A stretch of DNA of 64,000 nt from Paraphysomonas bandaiensis (GCA_965644295.1 CBFFRP010000269.1:1-64000); one strand, 5' to 3'. Numbered from the stretch's first letter, positions 35,499 through 48,355 are shown. The notes: generated from the letters alone by a model not told the origin. A program made the numbers and translations.

Positions 35499-36446
35499 AT
35501 GAATTTATCTATTTTAACCCTCTTCACTCTCATCTCCACCGCATGGAGCTCCCATATGACCGTCGTTCGTCAGGACATATCCCGTACAGGTTTCATAGAG
35601 GCTCTGGAGTTAAATCACGGCAAGACAGTCCTCATCTCCAACCTCACTGTTACATTCGACTGGCCCTATGTGGAAATCACCTCTGATATCACCCATAATG
35701 AGGTGTATATGGTTGTTTTTCCTGATAACTCTCCAGGGCCTGAGCTGTATCAGTTGGACGGGACGCTGGCTGTTAAGAATAAATGGGATTCGATAGATTT
35801 CTCGTTTTTTGATTTGCAACACTCTTCTACACAAAATACACTTTATGGAATATTGGTTACCTCTACCTATGGTCGGGTTCTCAGTAATTTCTCTTTGACT
35901 GAAGATAGCATTGTTCCAACTGAGTTGTTTACTCTCCCATACATGTGGTATGTGAATGCATCAACGTTTCATCAGTCGACGTGCCGGTATTTTGCGCTCA
36001 TCAATAATTTCCCTGGTTTTGAGAACTCGACTTTGGATCAACAACTGGTGGTTGCAGACTTTAGCAAAGAAGGTACAACTGATGCTGACGTAGTGCCGAT
36101 CACGGGGACTTCGTCACTAATTCAATTCATCTCATTCTCCTCAGCTCTTGAAACACTTTACTGTGCCGGAACAACTGATTCGGGTTCTCCAACGGCGCAC
36201 GTATATACTTTGGGATTAGATGGGGTTATATCGAACAGGCTCTTTAGCACACCCGGAATTGCCGTGGGGCCGCTGTTGGCCTCCGATTCCACCGATGAAT
36301 TGTTTCTATTCGTCAAAAATACTAATGAACCCGCGCAGTGGAGCCTGTGGGCAATTCCCTATGATAAATCAAAGGGGGCATATCTCAAGATGATGTATCT
36401 TGGTGATGAGTATGTTTCTTTTTCTGCTGCGAGTATGATGGTATAG
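35499..36446 (+). CDS. Secreted hypothetical protein (beta-rich, possibly propeller-like)
   Basis: Signal-peptide-like MNLSILTLFTLISTAWS; intronless ORF with several N-glycosylation sequons. Confidence 0.7.
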   Translation: MNLSILTLFTLISTAWSSHMTVVRQDISRTGFIEALELNHGKTVLISNLTVTFDWPYVEITSDITHNEVYMVVFPDNSPGPELYQLDGTLAVKNKWDSIDFSFFDLQHSSTQNTLYGILVTSTYGRVLSNFSLTEDSIVPTELFTLPYMWYVNASTFHQSTCRYFALINNFPGFENSTLDQQLVVADFSKEGTTDADVVPITGTSSLIQFISFSSALETLYCAGTTDSGSPTAHVYTLGLDGVISNRLFSTPGIAVGPLLASDSTDELFLFVKNTNEPAQWSLWAIPYDKSKGAYLKMMYLGDEYVSFSAASMMV

Positions 36447-36577
36447 CGTGAAGAAATTCCTCGAAAGCATTGTTATAACTGCATCATTTAGTGTGGATAT
36501 TGTGCTTTGCTATATTATAGAGTATACTTAATAATGAAAAAGCATTGTATTCCCAAATTAAATGAAAGCATATTATT

Positions 36578-37195
36578 CATAAGTGTTCCTTGTGTAGACG
36601 TCTTTGGGCCTGGGCGAATAAACAGGCACCCGGGAATGATGGGCCACCTCACAACTCAAGGGCAATAAAGAATTGATCTTAGTAATAGTAAAACAATACT
36701 GTGATTATTAGAACGTAAGTGATAGCCACAGTGTGGTGAGAAAAGTGAATAATAATACAGAACATTGCTATTATGCACAACGGAATAATTAGAAGTATAA
36801 CGTATCTTATAGCTGACAATGGCGATCATTATGATGACGATGACGTATCTTCAACAGATACAATCACTATTTCAGCTCATGATATATGTTATTGAACATC
36901 ATAACTCACACATATCACATACTATCTTGTATTAAGATGAATCCTAACAAGGGCGTCCATGGTATTGGGCTGCCTACTGCCTCCTTCAGTATTCAGTAGT
37001 ATCCGGGCTGTTCACCTTAAGAACAGAGAGCGAAATTGGTTACACCATAGTGCTTGCGGCGACGCACAGTATGCAGCTTTATCCGGATTGTAGGGCACCA
37101 GAGTTAAGCACTAGTTAATTAAATTGTTTTGCTACATTAGTTCTGACGTTCTGACTCTTACACGCCTATTGCTAATAATCAGACATTCACTACTC
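36578..37195 (+). repeat. Unclassified dispersed repeat, copy D (5'-truncated, interrupted)
   Basis: TTGTGTAGACGTCTTTGGGCC...CGCCTATTGCTAATAAT, with an AT-rich insert. Confidence 0.8.
36664..36949 (-). mobile_element. Probable solo LTR inserted in repeat copy D
   Basis: Flanked by the 5-bp duplication AGGGC (36659-63 and 36950-54). One end reads TGTTAGG on the minus strand; the other lacks CA. Confidence 0.5.
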
Positions 37196-37594
37196 AGGGA
37201 ATGTCTATATCCTCTTATCGCAAGCAAGCTACAAATAGCTATACATTCTATATATATATTAGGTCCGCAGTATCATAATGATACACTACAATCTAACTTA
37301 TAGAGATAAGGAGTAAGGAATATCATGTGAAGCTGGACGAGGCTTACGAGTTACAAGTTAGTAGAGTTTATAGCGTTCAGAGTTCACTCGGGTATACTGA
37401 GTGTGTGGTGCCTTGTGAGTGGCAGTTGTCTATCATGGCTATCTCAGATAGAATTATAAGTTTTTTGTACTTAATGGTTGAAATAATTACTTCATGTATC
37501 CGTAAGCAAGGGAGTGCGTGAATACTATTGGAACACACCATGCCGGTAATTTCAAAGAAATGACAAGCACGTACTGACTACAGCAAGTACATTC

Positions 37595-39185
37595 TTAATT
37601 GAGTGTAGACAGAATCGTCCCGATTGCCATCGCTGATGCAGCGGGCTGGTCAATAGGTACCATGTGGCCAGCACTTTCTACCTGTATCCATGTGAGTCCC
37701 TTGTATGATTTCGCCTGCCCTGCTTCCACCCCTGCTATATCCATAGGTCCAAGTCCAGCAGCAGCAAATTCCTCTTGCCCTTGCCACGAAATGCTATTTG
37801 CCATTGCATACCCGCCCTTGTAGTTACAAGCAGTGTCCGTCTTTCCATAGTAAAGAGTCACCGGTACCCCAGCATCAAGAGTTCTCCCGAGAGCTCCAGA
37901 GTAATCAAATGGATCATTCGCATCAAAATTAGGAAGATTAATGCAACCTCCAGCATTACCCGCGAATGCATCATCACCCGCATCCCCGCACACATTGAGG
38001 GACTCCTCCACCTGTTCCTGCAGGAACCAATGTGCCCAGGCCGTGTAATTGTAGCTGTAGCATGCCCCACACGAAACACTCTCTGTACGATAGTCGTAGT
38101 AGTTGGGAGTATATCCAATGTAACGAACCATTTCCACCTCGGCGGTAGCCATTGTTCTCGGATTGGAATCCGCGGGAATGAGGTTACTCTCATGCAGGAA
38201 ATCCACATAAGGCTCCATGCCCTGGACGGTGTTATTTACACACCCGTTGCCAATAACCACACCGGAGAAGTTGATCTTGTCACTCTCCGAAGTTTGCTCC
38301 TCATTGTAGTCCAAAATAGCCCCCGCCCATGCTGGAACGTAATGGCCTCCATAGGACTCTCCGGAAATTATGAGCTCCCGTCCTTGAAACTCAGGAAAGA
38401 GTTCGAGCCACCCGTTATAAAAAACAATGAAATCCTGCGCGGCTTCCACACTGCTCTTCACTTTCTCCCCATATCCAAATGAGTATCCCACATAGCGGGG
38501 CTGATCCAGATACCTACGTAGCACATAAAACAAATATAGTTAGACTTTAAGGGCTAATAGATATCATGAACTCACAAGACATTTGCGTGAGCATTCCAAG
38601 AATATGGGTTCAGCGACAGCTGTTCAGTGTAGTCACAGTCATTGGTGGAGCAAGCTTCCTTAATATCAAATAAAACAAGGGGACCATTCTCCGTGGTAGC
38701 ACCTTCCATAGAGCTGAATACGTTATTAATCACAAATCAAAGACTAAGAAAGTGTGATGAGACCTGCATCCCGGGCCACCATTCGTCCTGACACAATTCC
38801 ATTAGAGCTACAAAAAAATAATAATAATACTACCACTCACCAAATAATAAGTGGGGCATCAGGATTACCATCAGCAGTTTCAAAGAACCAATAGAAGAGC
38901 CAGTCTTCCTCCGTGACATTGACGTAACCAGAGTACATATCGAACGACACTGGAGCTCGACCGACTAATGAATCCGGGAACTTTACTTGTTTTTTTGATA
39001 CAGGTGAAGAGCAGAATGATTCAGATCGGCCTGAAGGTTCATCATATCGAGGATGAAGAGAAGTTAATCGGCCCTGATGTGTTTAATATATTAATATAAT
39101 ATACGCATATATGTATATGTATATGTGTGTGTACCTCCACTATGCTGTGTACAGCTAGAGCGATAGTTGCAAAGAGATAAAGCAT
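37595..39185 (-). CDS. Serine carboxypeptidase (S10 family), secreted, multi-exon
   Basis: Signal peptide; YSGYVNV, NGGPGC, ENGP, YLDQP, GESYGGHYVP, IGNG and AGHMVPIDQP. Confidence 0.93.
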
Positions 39186-39815
39186 ATTTTAAAGAGAAAT
39201 GAGTGAATGATATGCTAAGTTAAGAGTGTATTAACTCAGCAAGTAAGTGATGTTAATGTGGTGTGCTGGGGATGGTGTGTATTAACTGCGCTCTGCTCTT
39301 CTCTGCAGCAGGGGAGAGATGCAGCAGCATACCATATACCATATACGGTATACCAATACATAATACATGGCTGAAGGTTCATGTCCAGCAGTACATGTGT
39401 ACCTGTAGATATATATAGTATCCAGTGCACTCCTTTGGTACAGAATTATTATATCTCTATGAACATGCATACAGAGTAGTGTACAGCAGTATGTACCTCT
39501 AGACCTGTACGTATGAACAGGGGTGGACATATATGGTACACGTCCCACCTGCACCTGCCTCATGATCTTATGCACCAATCCAATAGGCTCATATATGCAA
39601 TCTGGATATCTAGATCTACATCAGGACTCATGACAGAACCGTATCAATGCAAGACAACCACACAAATAACAACTATAACATCACATATATACTATATACA
39701 TCATATATAGCTCTCACAGTAACACCTGTATAGTGTACGGTCACCATCCCCATACAACACTCATGACCTGTCAAATAACTACCTTAGCCTCCTATTGTCA
39801 GTCACTACTATCACT

Positions 39816-40825
39816 ATGGTACATATGGAAACAGATGATGTAATGTGGCTTGTTCCAGTTGAAACAAGAAGCAATCAGTGTTTGCATATTCGGCTAACGA
39901 GATCGGATGGAGTGGTCAACATCGTTGCTAGCGAGTACCAATGTTTATGTATGTAATGGCCTGCCACTTCATGTTGCTATTACACTAGTATTCCTACAGA
40001 TGGTCATCGTCACTCCAAGCTGTTGGTAAAGAAAGTGTCTGAAGCACGCACGGGTGCTGAGGGGGGTGAAACCTGTTTGATAGATATAAAAGAAGAACAG
40101 TCTCAAGATATGGTAGCGGCCTTGAAATATATGCATTCTGATTCTCCAGATGTTAGATTTGATAAGCATTCTGTGCTCAAACTTGCACGCACTGCGGACT
40201 ATATGCAGATTACCCAACTCAGACAAAGAATTCTTGCTCTCGCAACGGACTTGTTAAGCCGTGTCGACGAGGATTCATTAGTTAAAATTTGCAATATAAA
40301 ACAAGGAGGTCATCAATTTACTGTTTGGGATGCAGTTGCTATTTTGCACATGCTTGGAGACCCAAATAAAGCTTTTCCCGTGGATATGAACTCATGGTGT
40401 ATAAGGTATGGAGATAGCATTTAGTGCACATGTGGTGATATGTATTGAACTTTAGTAACCCCAATGTGTTCGCGGATGAAACTCTTTTTAGCTCATGCGG
40501 TCATATTTTTTCTGCTCAGTGCCTAGCGTCTTTTATCAGGCGCATCAACCAACGATACGATGATGAAATTTCTGTAATTTGTAATTCGCACTCCAACACC
40601 CTTGTGTCTTACCAGCGCAAACTCCTGGGTCTGACCACTGATGTAGCATCGCTTCTTCAAAGCTACGTGGGAAAAGAACTTGTATCAGTCAGTTGTAAAC
40701 GACATGGGACAGTACTACGAGTAGATGACTATCGAAAAACAGAGCTTGTTGTCATGTGGCATCACAATGCATCTACAACAAACATAAGAATTAGAGAACT
40801 TTTTAACTATAGTATTTTGGAATGA
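39816..40825 (+). CDS. BTB/POZ-like domain protein (about 3 exons)
   Basis: IDIKEEQSQDMVAALKYMH...VLKLARTADYMQITQLR resembles the C-terminal helices of BTB. Confidence 0.6.
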
Positions 40826-41887
40826 AAAAGGTGTAGATTTTATAAACTCTATAAACCTATGTTTGACACTCCCATATACTAGATATAGTGCAGTAATAAG
40901 TAATAAGACTATGTTAAAAGGTAAGTTTAGTATTTTAGTATATATACTCCACATGTGTTTGACCGTTTCGTATTTTCTCTAGTATTTTTCAATGTAGTGC
41001 CAGTTAGCGGAGTGGTACTGTTATTACAAATGGTATCCAGCAAGCTCATTCAAAACATTATATGCATAGAAATATGTGATATGCAGTCATAAAATATTAT
41101 ACGACGCATAAACAAACACACCCTATAACAGCGTGAATGAGTTACAAGATCCACAGGTCGAAGCATGTAGTGGAAGTGGTAGCCTATGAAAATGCCTTGC
41201 CCCACATTTTCTTCTCTTTTTCTTTCTCTTTTTGAATTAGTCTCTTAACTCTCTCCATAGCCTTTACAACAGCCTTGTCCTCCGTAGGAGAGTGCTCACT
41301 TGCTTTTTTAATATCTTCAAATGCCTTATCGTAATCCTTCTTAGCTTCATACGCAGCAGATCTTCGAAAGTAAGCCTTCACAGATGTCGGTGATATCTCC
41401 AGTGCATCAGTAGAATATCTAATAGCATGTAAGTGCCAAAAATCAACGAAATAATTTTTATTCTCACCCTTTGAACAACTCCGTGCCTTCCTCTTTATTT
41501 TTAGTTACAAGCCTCATGCGGTCGGCCATCTTGAGCTTTCTGAAATCATGGTCCTCATCCTCTCCACCCTCGGCCTCTCTGAACATATGTTAACTTGGAT
41601 ATACTAAAACGCATTCGTAAACATACTTTTGCGCAGCTGCAGCATCAGCAGCAAGTGTTTGCTCCAGCCTTAACTTATCATCAGCAGTCGCAGCCAAATA
41701 CGAACTACAGAGACCGCCTTCACGATTCACAGGAGTGCCTTCACCTTCACCTGCTACCTCAGTGCCTTCAAGAGCGACTTGCAGAGCCGAGTACTTGGAT
41801 CGAATCTCATCCAGTGATGCGGTCTCGCCGTTGTCCCAAAGCCAGTTCTCGTACTCGTTAAGGGTATCCGTGAAAGCATTATTATCT
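40719..41887. repeat. Segmental duplication copy 1 (intact BTB 3' end plus truncated Hsp70-TPR 3' end); partner is 43905-45387
   Basis: Near-identical sequence to the partner. Identical 65-aa ORFs at 41184-41381 and 44389-44586. Confidence 0.95.
41184..41887 (-). pseudogene. Truncated duplicate of the Hsp70-TPR gene 3' end
   Basis: Lacks the ATPase part. Has a ~287-bp deletion between AATAGC microhomologies that removes TPR exons. Confidence 0.85.
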
Positions 41888-42848
41888 ATAGCCGTTACCT
41901 CGACATAATACCTCAGATGGCATCAAACTCAGATTGAAACGCTTTTGGAGTGCTGCCAAATACATGAATAGACAGATATCTGATGACAGATCTCATTCTC
42001 AGTCATATCAGCTGCGTGTGTGTGCTGCTCTGTGCTGATTTGAACAGAGGCCGTCGAAGCAGTCTGAATATGCTGACTGCACAGAGCCTTTTGGCCCCTC
42101 TCCAGATCGAATAAATTACTCTGATCGCTGTTCCTCAGTCCCGAGGGCTCAGAGAGAAATCTCGTCCCTCCTTCCTCTTGCTGTGTGCTCATCTCTGTGA
42201 TTCTCATCCGATGGATATGGCTGCTCTCTCTTCCCTCTTGTTAGGCCTAATATAGGGTTATGAGATATGCATAAGGTCATATGAACTTATTCTAATCTCA
42301 TGTGTTCTTATTGTGGGGGTGAGAGCATCGTATGAGGGGTGTGGATGATGTGTATGTGATGCTCATCTAAAGAGGGTAACATACCATCACTTCACTATCA
42401 AATCAAAAATCCCCATACAGAGTGTACCAAGCCTACTAAATTCATCCACCATATCCATATCCACCATATGTCGTCCACCATAGTGACGTTTTTCGACAAA
42501 GCGGACCAGTCTGGTCCCACTTCATTTTTTTGTATTGTGTTTTTTTGTATGGAATATGAGTGTAGAGCTTTGAAATTATGGTCAAAATGACCACAATTTT
42601 TTAAGGACGCTTGGTCCACTTTGTCAAAAAACGTCTCCATAACACGAAGTGACTGTATGATGAAAAAAAGTCCAAAAAATGTATTTTTGAAAAAAAAACT
42701 GAAATCTGTCGTGTATTTCGAATCCTCCCTGGATCCCTGTATATTTACTGGGCGGTGTCATATATTGTCATCTATAAGAACAACGCGCTTGTTTGAATTC
42801 ATTCGATTATATTTCTCTTGTCTAGAACTGTAGAGACAACACACACAA

Positions 42849-43342
42849 TGATAGTTGAAGAAGAAGCACAAGCAGATGAAATTGCTAAGATAATGAATAT
42901 TTTCAATATCAGCATCCATGAATTCAACGAAATGAACAAGAAATCGAGTGAATTTGTAAAAGGATTCTGGAATGATGACATGAGTAGCCACTGCAAAAAA
43001 TCATTTTACTATTTACAAGACTTAGATAGTTCGTTGGATGAATACTTGCAATTTGGTGCCGATAAGTGTGGTGTAACTGATTTCAAGGAGTTCTGTGACA
43101 AGTTGAATATTGACATTGACAGTCAAACGCATACCAACAAGAATGTGGAAAGAGGACAGCATCTATATTCAAAAAATAAAAGACTTGTGATAACCTTCTC
43201 TAATCCACACGTATACCAAAATAATTATATGCACTATTTCGGAGTCACTGGAGGGAGATCCGAAGTACTACACGCATTTGACGTGTTTACTAGAATGGGT
43301 GATTACAGCGACATGTGTTTTGGCGGAAGAGATTACATTTAA
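42849..43342 (+). CDS. Intronless orphan ORF in an AT-rich inserted island
   Basis: About 164 aa from ATG 42849, protein-like composition, A-tract-rich upstream region. No recognised domain. Confidence 0.55.
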
Positions 43343-43904
43343 TCATGTGTTGCTGCCTAACGGTATACCAACACAAAGACGAGATAATATAAAAGAATCA
43401 AATAACGTTGAATAATATACATATTCGAGAATAACACCCATAGTGCGTTTCTCTGCTGCTGCGTGTAAGGCATGAATACTACACGAAATATTATTGATCA
43501 TCCATGTAATCTACATCATCGTCTAGTGAATATTCTAACTTATACATTTATCGGCTTAGCTACTAGGAAAAAATACTTGATTGAAAGGATTATTATTTTT
43601 TAAAGAGATTGTAGTATAGCGGAAATGAATCTTCGTCGACAAAATAAAGACACGACGGTGAAGAAGTGAATTGAGAGTCATCTTTATGAGAAAAATGAGT
43701 TTCCCGGGGCCAACAATAGCAAACAAAATTAACATATTGTTGGTTCTTAACCAGCCGAAAGTAAACCAGTATACCCCGTAAGGGTATACCAACACAATGT
43801 TCCAAAAAAAATCACTTGAACATAATTTTAACAACAATAATGGTAACATTAACACTAACTCTGTGGTCAAGAGTGAAGACTATTTGGTAAGAACTTACCA
43901 AATA

Positions 43905-45387
43905 GAGTAGATGACAATCGAAAAACAGAGCTTGTTGTCATGTACAACAAACATAAGAATTAGCGAACTTTTTAATTATAGTAATTTGGAATGAAAAAGG
44001 AGTAGATTTTATAAACTCTAAAGTTCGATATTTCTATGCCTAAAACTATATGTAATGCACCTACGTTTGACACTCCCATATACTAGATATAGTGCAGTAA
44101 TAAGTAATAAGACTATGTTAGAAGGTAAGTTTAGTATTTTAGTATATATACTCCACATGTGTTTGACCGTTTCGTATTTTCTCTAGTATTTTTTCAATGT
44201 AGTGCCAGTCAGCGGAGTGGTACTGTTATTACAAATGGTATCCAGTAAGCTCATTCAAAACATTATATGCATAGAAATATGTGATATGCAGTCATAAAAT
44301 ATTATACGACGCATAAACAAACACATCCTATAACAGCGTAAATGAGTTACAAGATCCACAGGTTGAAGCTTGTAGTGGAAGTGGTAGCCTATGAAAATGC
44401 CTTGCCCCACATTTTCTTCTCTTTTTCTTTCTCTTTTTGAATTAGTCTCTTAACTCTCTCCATGGCCTTTACAACAGCCTTGTCCTCCGTAGGAGAGTGC
44501 TCACTTGCTTTTTTAATATCTTCAAATGCCTTATCGTAATCCTTCTTAGCTTCATACGCAGCAGATCTTCGAAAGTAAGCCTTCACAGATGTCGGCGATA
44601 TCTCCAGTGCATCAGTAGAATATCTAATAGCCTACGAGCACACAATAATAAAACTAAAATATTTCAGAGGTATGTTGATTTACATTATCATAATTCTCTA
44701 ACTTGAGGTAGCACTGTGTAAGGTTCAAGAATATAGAGAGCTTCACCTGAAAGATATGTCAAAAACTAAAAAACATCCCTCAATGGTATACCATATACAT
44801 CTACTTACTTGGTTGACTTCCTCTTTGTCCTCAGGAGAAAGATCAAAGAACTTGGCTGCATGGGTTAAAGCCTTCTGGTAACGAGCAGCTGCGGGTCGAA
44901 TGTTGCCCCTGAAATAGCATGTAAGTGCCAAAAATCAACGAAATAATTTTTATTCTCACCCTTTGAACAACTCCGTGCCTTCCTCTTTATTTTTAGTTAC
45001 AAGCCTCATGCGGTCGGCCTTCTTGAGCTTTCTGAAATCATGGTCCTCATCCTCTCCACCCTCCGCCTCTCTGAACATATGTTAACTTGGATATACTAAA
45101 ACGATTTTCGTAAACATACTTTTGCGCAGCTGCAGCTGCAGCATCAGCAGCAAGTGTTTGCTCCAGCCTTAACTTATCATCAGCAGTCGCAGCCAAATAC
45201 GAACTACAGAGACCGCCTTCACGTTTCACAGGAGCGCCTTCACCTTCACCTGCTACCTCAGTGCCTTCAAGAACGACTTGCAGAGCCGAGTACTTGGATC
45301 GAATTTCATCCAGTGATGCGGTCTCGCCGTTGTCCCAAAGCCAGTTCTCGTACTCGTTAAGGGTATCCGTGAGAGCATTATTATCAA
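43905..45387. repeat. Segmental duplication copy 2 (BTB 3' fragment plus intact Hsp70-TPR 3' end)
   Basis: Starts GAGTAGATGAC, as at 40719. Confidence 0.95.
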
Positions 45388-47417
45388 TAGTCTCTCCTGT
45401 AGAATGAGTATTTACCACTAAATATAAATTGAGTGACGTAACAAACCATGTTTCCTCTTAGGAGCACCACGCATATCCAATATATAAGCCTCCATCTCGT
45501 TACGACAAGATTGTAACTCTCTTATTTCATTGTCTTTTTTCTATAAAACAGTATTATTGTCAAACGAAATCAATAGGGAAATAATTGAACGAAATTAAAC
45601 TCGTGAATTTAGACTTTCTATTCTTTGTGGCTCACCTGCATTGCCAGCTCTGCCACTCTAGCGACCACAAGCTGCTCTGTAGAGAGGCCATTCGATTCGT
45701 CTGTTGAGAGTGAAGTTGGCTCTGCGTCTGCAGTTGCATCACTTTCGGTGGCCTCACTGCTAGCACTACCTATAACACGTGGTCACAACGCATACGCATT
45801 ATAATATAAATATAGAGTACCTGTTGTGGCGGAAGAAGTAGCCTCATTAGCAAGAAGAGCAGCACCCACAGCCACACTGCCATCATCTAATTTCGCTCCC
45901 AAGGGTAGCTCCTGAAAAAAACGATCAGGAAGCTTTCTATGTCAAACAATACAACACACCTTTCCTAGGGAAGCAAGGATAGCATCTTGTACAACTTGCA
46001 TACGCACACCTCCACCAGCGACCTCCACAGCCACCACCTGAACTCCCTCAAGAGCCCTTCCTAGAAGTTCTTTGAAGTTATTCAGCTGTTCCGCGCACAC
46101 ACGTGACATGTCATCTCTGGTCATGCTCACGGTTACATCCCCTGCGTCAGTCATGTTTTCAACAGTCACGCTAGAAGTAGGTAGCTGAGAAAGCAGCTTG
46201 CGAAGTTTTTCACAAGAGCGCAATAGACGTAGACCGCGCTTAGATCCAGGCACAATCTACGCCAATACAAAGTCAACATACATTACAACAGTAGTCGGTA
46301 AAATGCGCACAGATCCAAGCAACATAATGTATAGTCAGAGTTATATACCTGGCACCCGTGCTTCTGTTCTATCTGTGCAGCAAGGTGGGTGAACAGTGCA
46401 AGATCAAAATAGTGGGCTCCTATAGATGCGCTATGCTCGACTCTTTCCACCACTGCAGTCTGCAAATCAGAATCGACACGTACGACTACGGCAGTAGCAT
46501 GCATATGTCCCATTTCCACAATGAGAACCGGTTCATTCTGAGAAAGGCAACAAATTAGATATGTTTATAACTTAAAGTGTGAAGAGTACCTCAAGGAATG
46601 ACTTCTCAGGGGGCTTTATAGCAGAAAGTTTCCGAGAGTATGCCCTGGCCAGGCAGCGTGCTGAGTCCACAACGTATACACCTGCCGTTTGTCGGCTAGT
46701 TTCCACACCCTCTGCCGATCCTTCCGGCAGTGGGGTAAGGCCAGCGATAGCACAGGCCTCCCGAACAGCTCTCTCCATCGAAGGAGTATACCCATGGGGC
46801 AGTGGAAAAGCAAGAGTTGGAAGAGACTATAAATAACGCTCAGATCAGAACATGAAAAGGAAAAGGTAAAGAACCTTAGTTTTGTCAACAAGATTAGCGT
46901 CAGATATTTCTTGAGCCATCTGGCCGAGGTAAACTCCAAGCACAGAAGTGAGAGAGTGAGTGACCTGCGACTCACCGCAAGACACCTGTACACCGGCAAC
47001 ACCAGGGCAGGCCTCCACCAATTGGAGTTTAGTATGAGGAATGAAGTCCTGCTGTTGAATATCGGAAAGAGATTTGCCAATCAAGGTATTGATGAATGGA
47101 ATGATACCGTCATGCATGAGTTCAGGCGCTGCTTCCTCTCCAACGAGTCGAGAGTTACCTACATATATTGAGGTACAGTATTACAGACTACAAGCAGCCC
47201 ACTAAGTCACATACCAAATAGTACAATGCTCGGGCGGGTTTGAGACCCAGTAGATGTGAGTACTCTCTCTCCATCATCAGCAAGGATGACAGTTTTCTGA
47301 GCCCCTGTATGTGCAAAGATAAGCAGCCAACACACATATACATATATATAAGAGACATCCAATGCATCAATCAATACACTCTACCATACCAATATCAACT
47401 CCAACGCTCTGTATCAT
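44389..47417 (-). CDS. Hsp70/Hsp110-like ATPase fused to a C-terminal TPR domain (many exons)
   Basis: Spliced N-terminus MIQSVGVDIGAQKT, then TRPSIVLF, RLVGEEA, LRLLRSCEKLRKLLS and VEVAGGGVRM. Lid motifs RNEMEAYILDMR and ENWLWDNGE. TPR motifs KEEGTELFK, AAARYQKAL and KAYFRRSAAY...EKKMWGKAFS. Confidence 0.85.
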
Positions 47418-47637
47418 CTCAGGGAAGAATATTTATCAATGACCACACAGATATGCCACAGTAATGCAATTGTGGCGCTTGTTAAGCGCCAAGCAACTGT
47501 TTCTGATGGAAACAATTATAAAATTACATCACCATAAAATTACATTTTACGATATTTTGTACCATGTTTCTATATTTCTACCTGTTTTACAACCACAAAA
47601 GTGGACAAAAAGACAAAACTAACCATATTTTTGTGCG

Positions 47638-47652
47638 GTTCTGGAACCTTCA
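47638..47652. promoter_or_regulatory. Candidate heat-shock element
   Basis: gTTCtgGAAccTTCa has three alternating nGAAn pentamers, ~220 bp upstream of the Hsp70-TPR ATG. Confidence 0.4.
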
Positions 47653-48144
47653 TTTTTCTACTTCTTCGAAAACGAAGCGCGGTTTGACCCAATAATTGTG
47701 ATAAACGGGTGGCGGTACACATGGCTTTTGTGTTTCCATACTAACGGGCTACCAAACTAGTGTATACCGTACACAGATAGTGTACTGAAAACCGTTGCTG
47801 TGGACTATTATCTTATGCGCACAAGATATGCTCTATCCAGAGCAGATCGTGTTCTATGACCATACCTCCTCCGACACAGCAGTGGATGAGCGTCGTTTAG
47901 CTAGTATTTGGATTACAATTTCAAGCATATCAAACAATGATTTCTCCTAAATGTGCTCAGCATCAGCACAAGAATCTATTGGTCTCAGAATATGCTATAA
48001 CCTATAACCTACTCTAGCAGCCAAATTACGTATACTATGCACCAATACTTTCTTATTTCCGTAAATATTTTGTGTTTACGGAATATAACTCTCAGAAGGT
48101 TTAGCTTATATGTGTATAGTGTAGTATATACATAGTAGTTTGTA

Positions 48145-48355
48145 TTGACAATTGCTCATTTTAAGCTAGATCACAGAGAGAATTTGTCGTAAGGCTAGAT
48201 AGATTTATTAATATTGTTTACACGAAGTTGTATTATGCAGGGATTATAATGAGTTAGTGTTGGTTATCACAACTTCGTGTAAACAATATTAATAAATCTA
48301 TCTAGTCTTTCGACAAATTCTCTCTGTGATCTAGCTTAAAATGAGCAATTGTCAA
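48145..48355. mobile_element. Foldback MITE with 9-bp TSD (MULE-like size)
   Basis: 87-bp inverted arms (48145-48231 and 48269-48355, 2 mismatches). TSD TAGTTTGTA at 48136-44 and 48356-64. Confidence 0.9.

Noticed and set aside
37775-38482. 235-aa plus-strand ORF and similar antisense ORFs over STT3, PPR and ATP7
   Set aside because: These are antisense shadows of well-supported genes.
47473-47491. TGGCGCTT-GTT-AAGCGCCA hairpin as a Helitron 3' end or terminator
   Set aside because: No CTRR at the expected spacing and no other Helitron evidence; too short to interpret.
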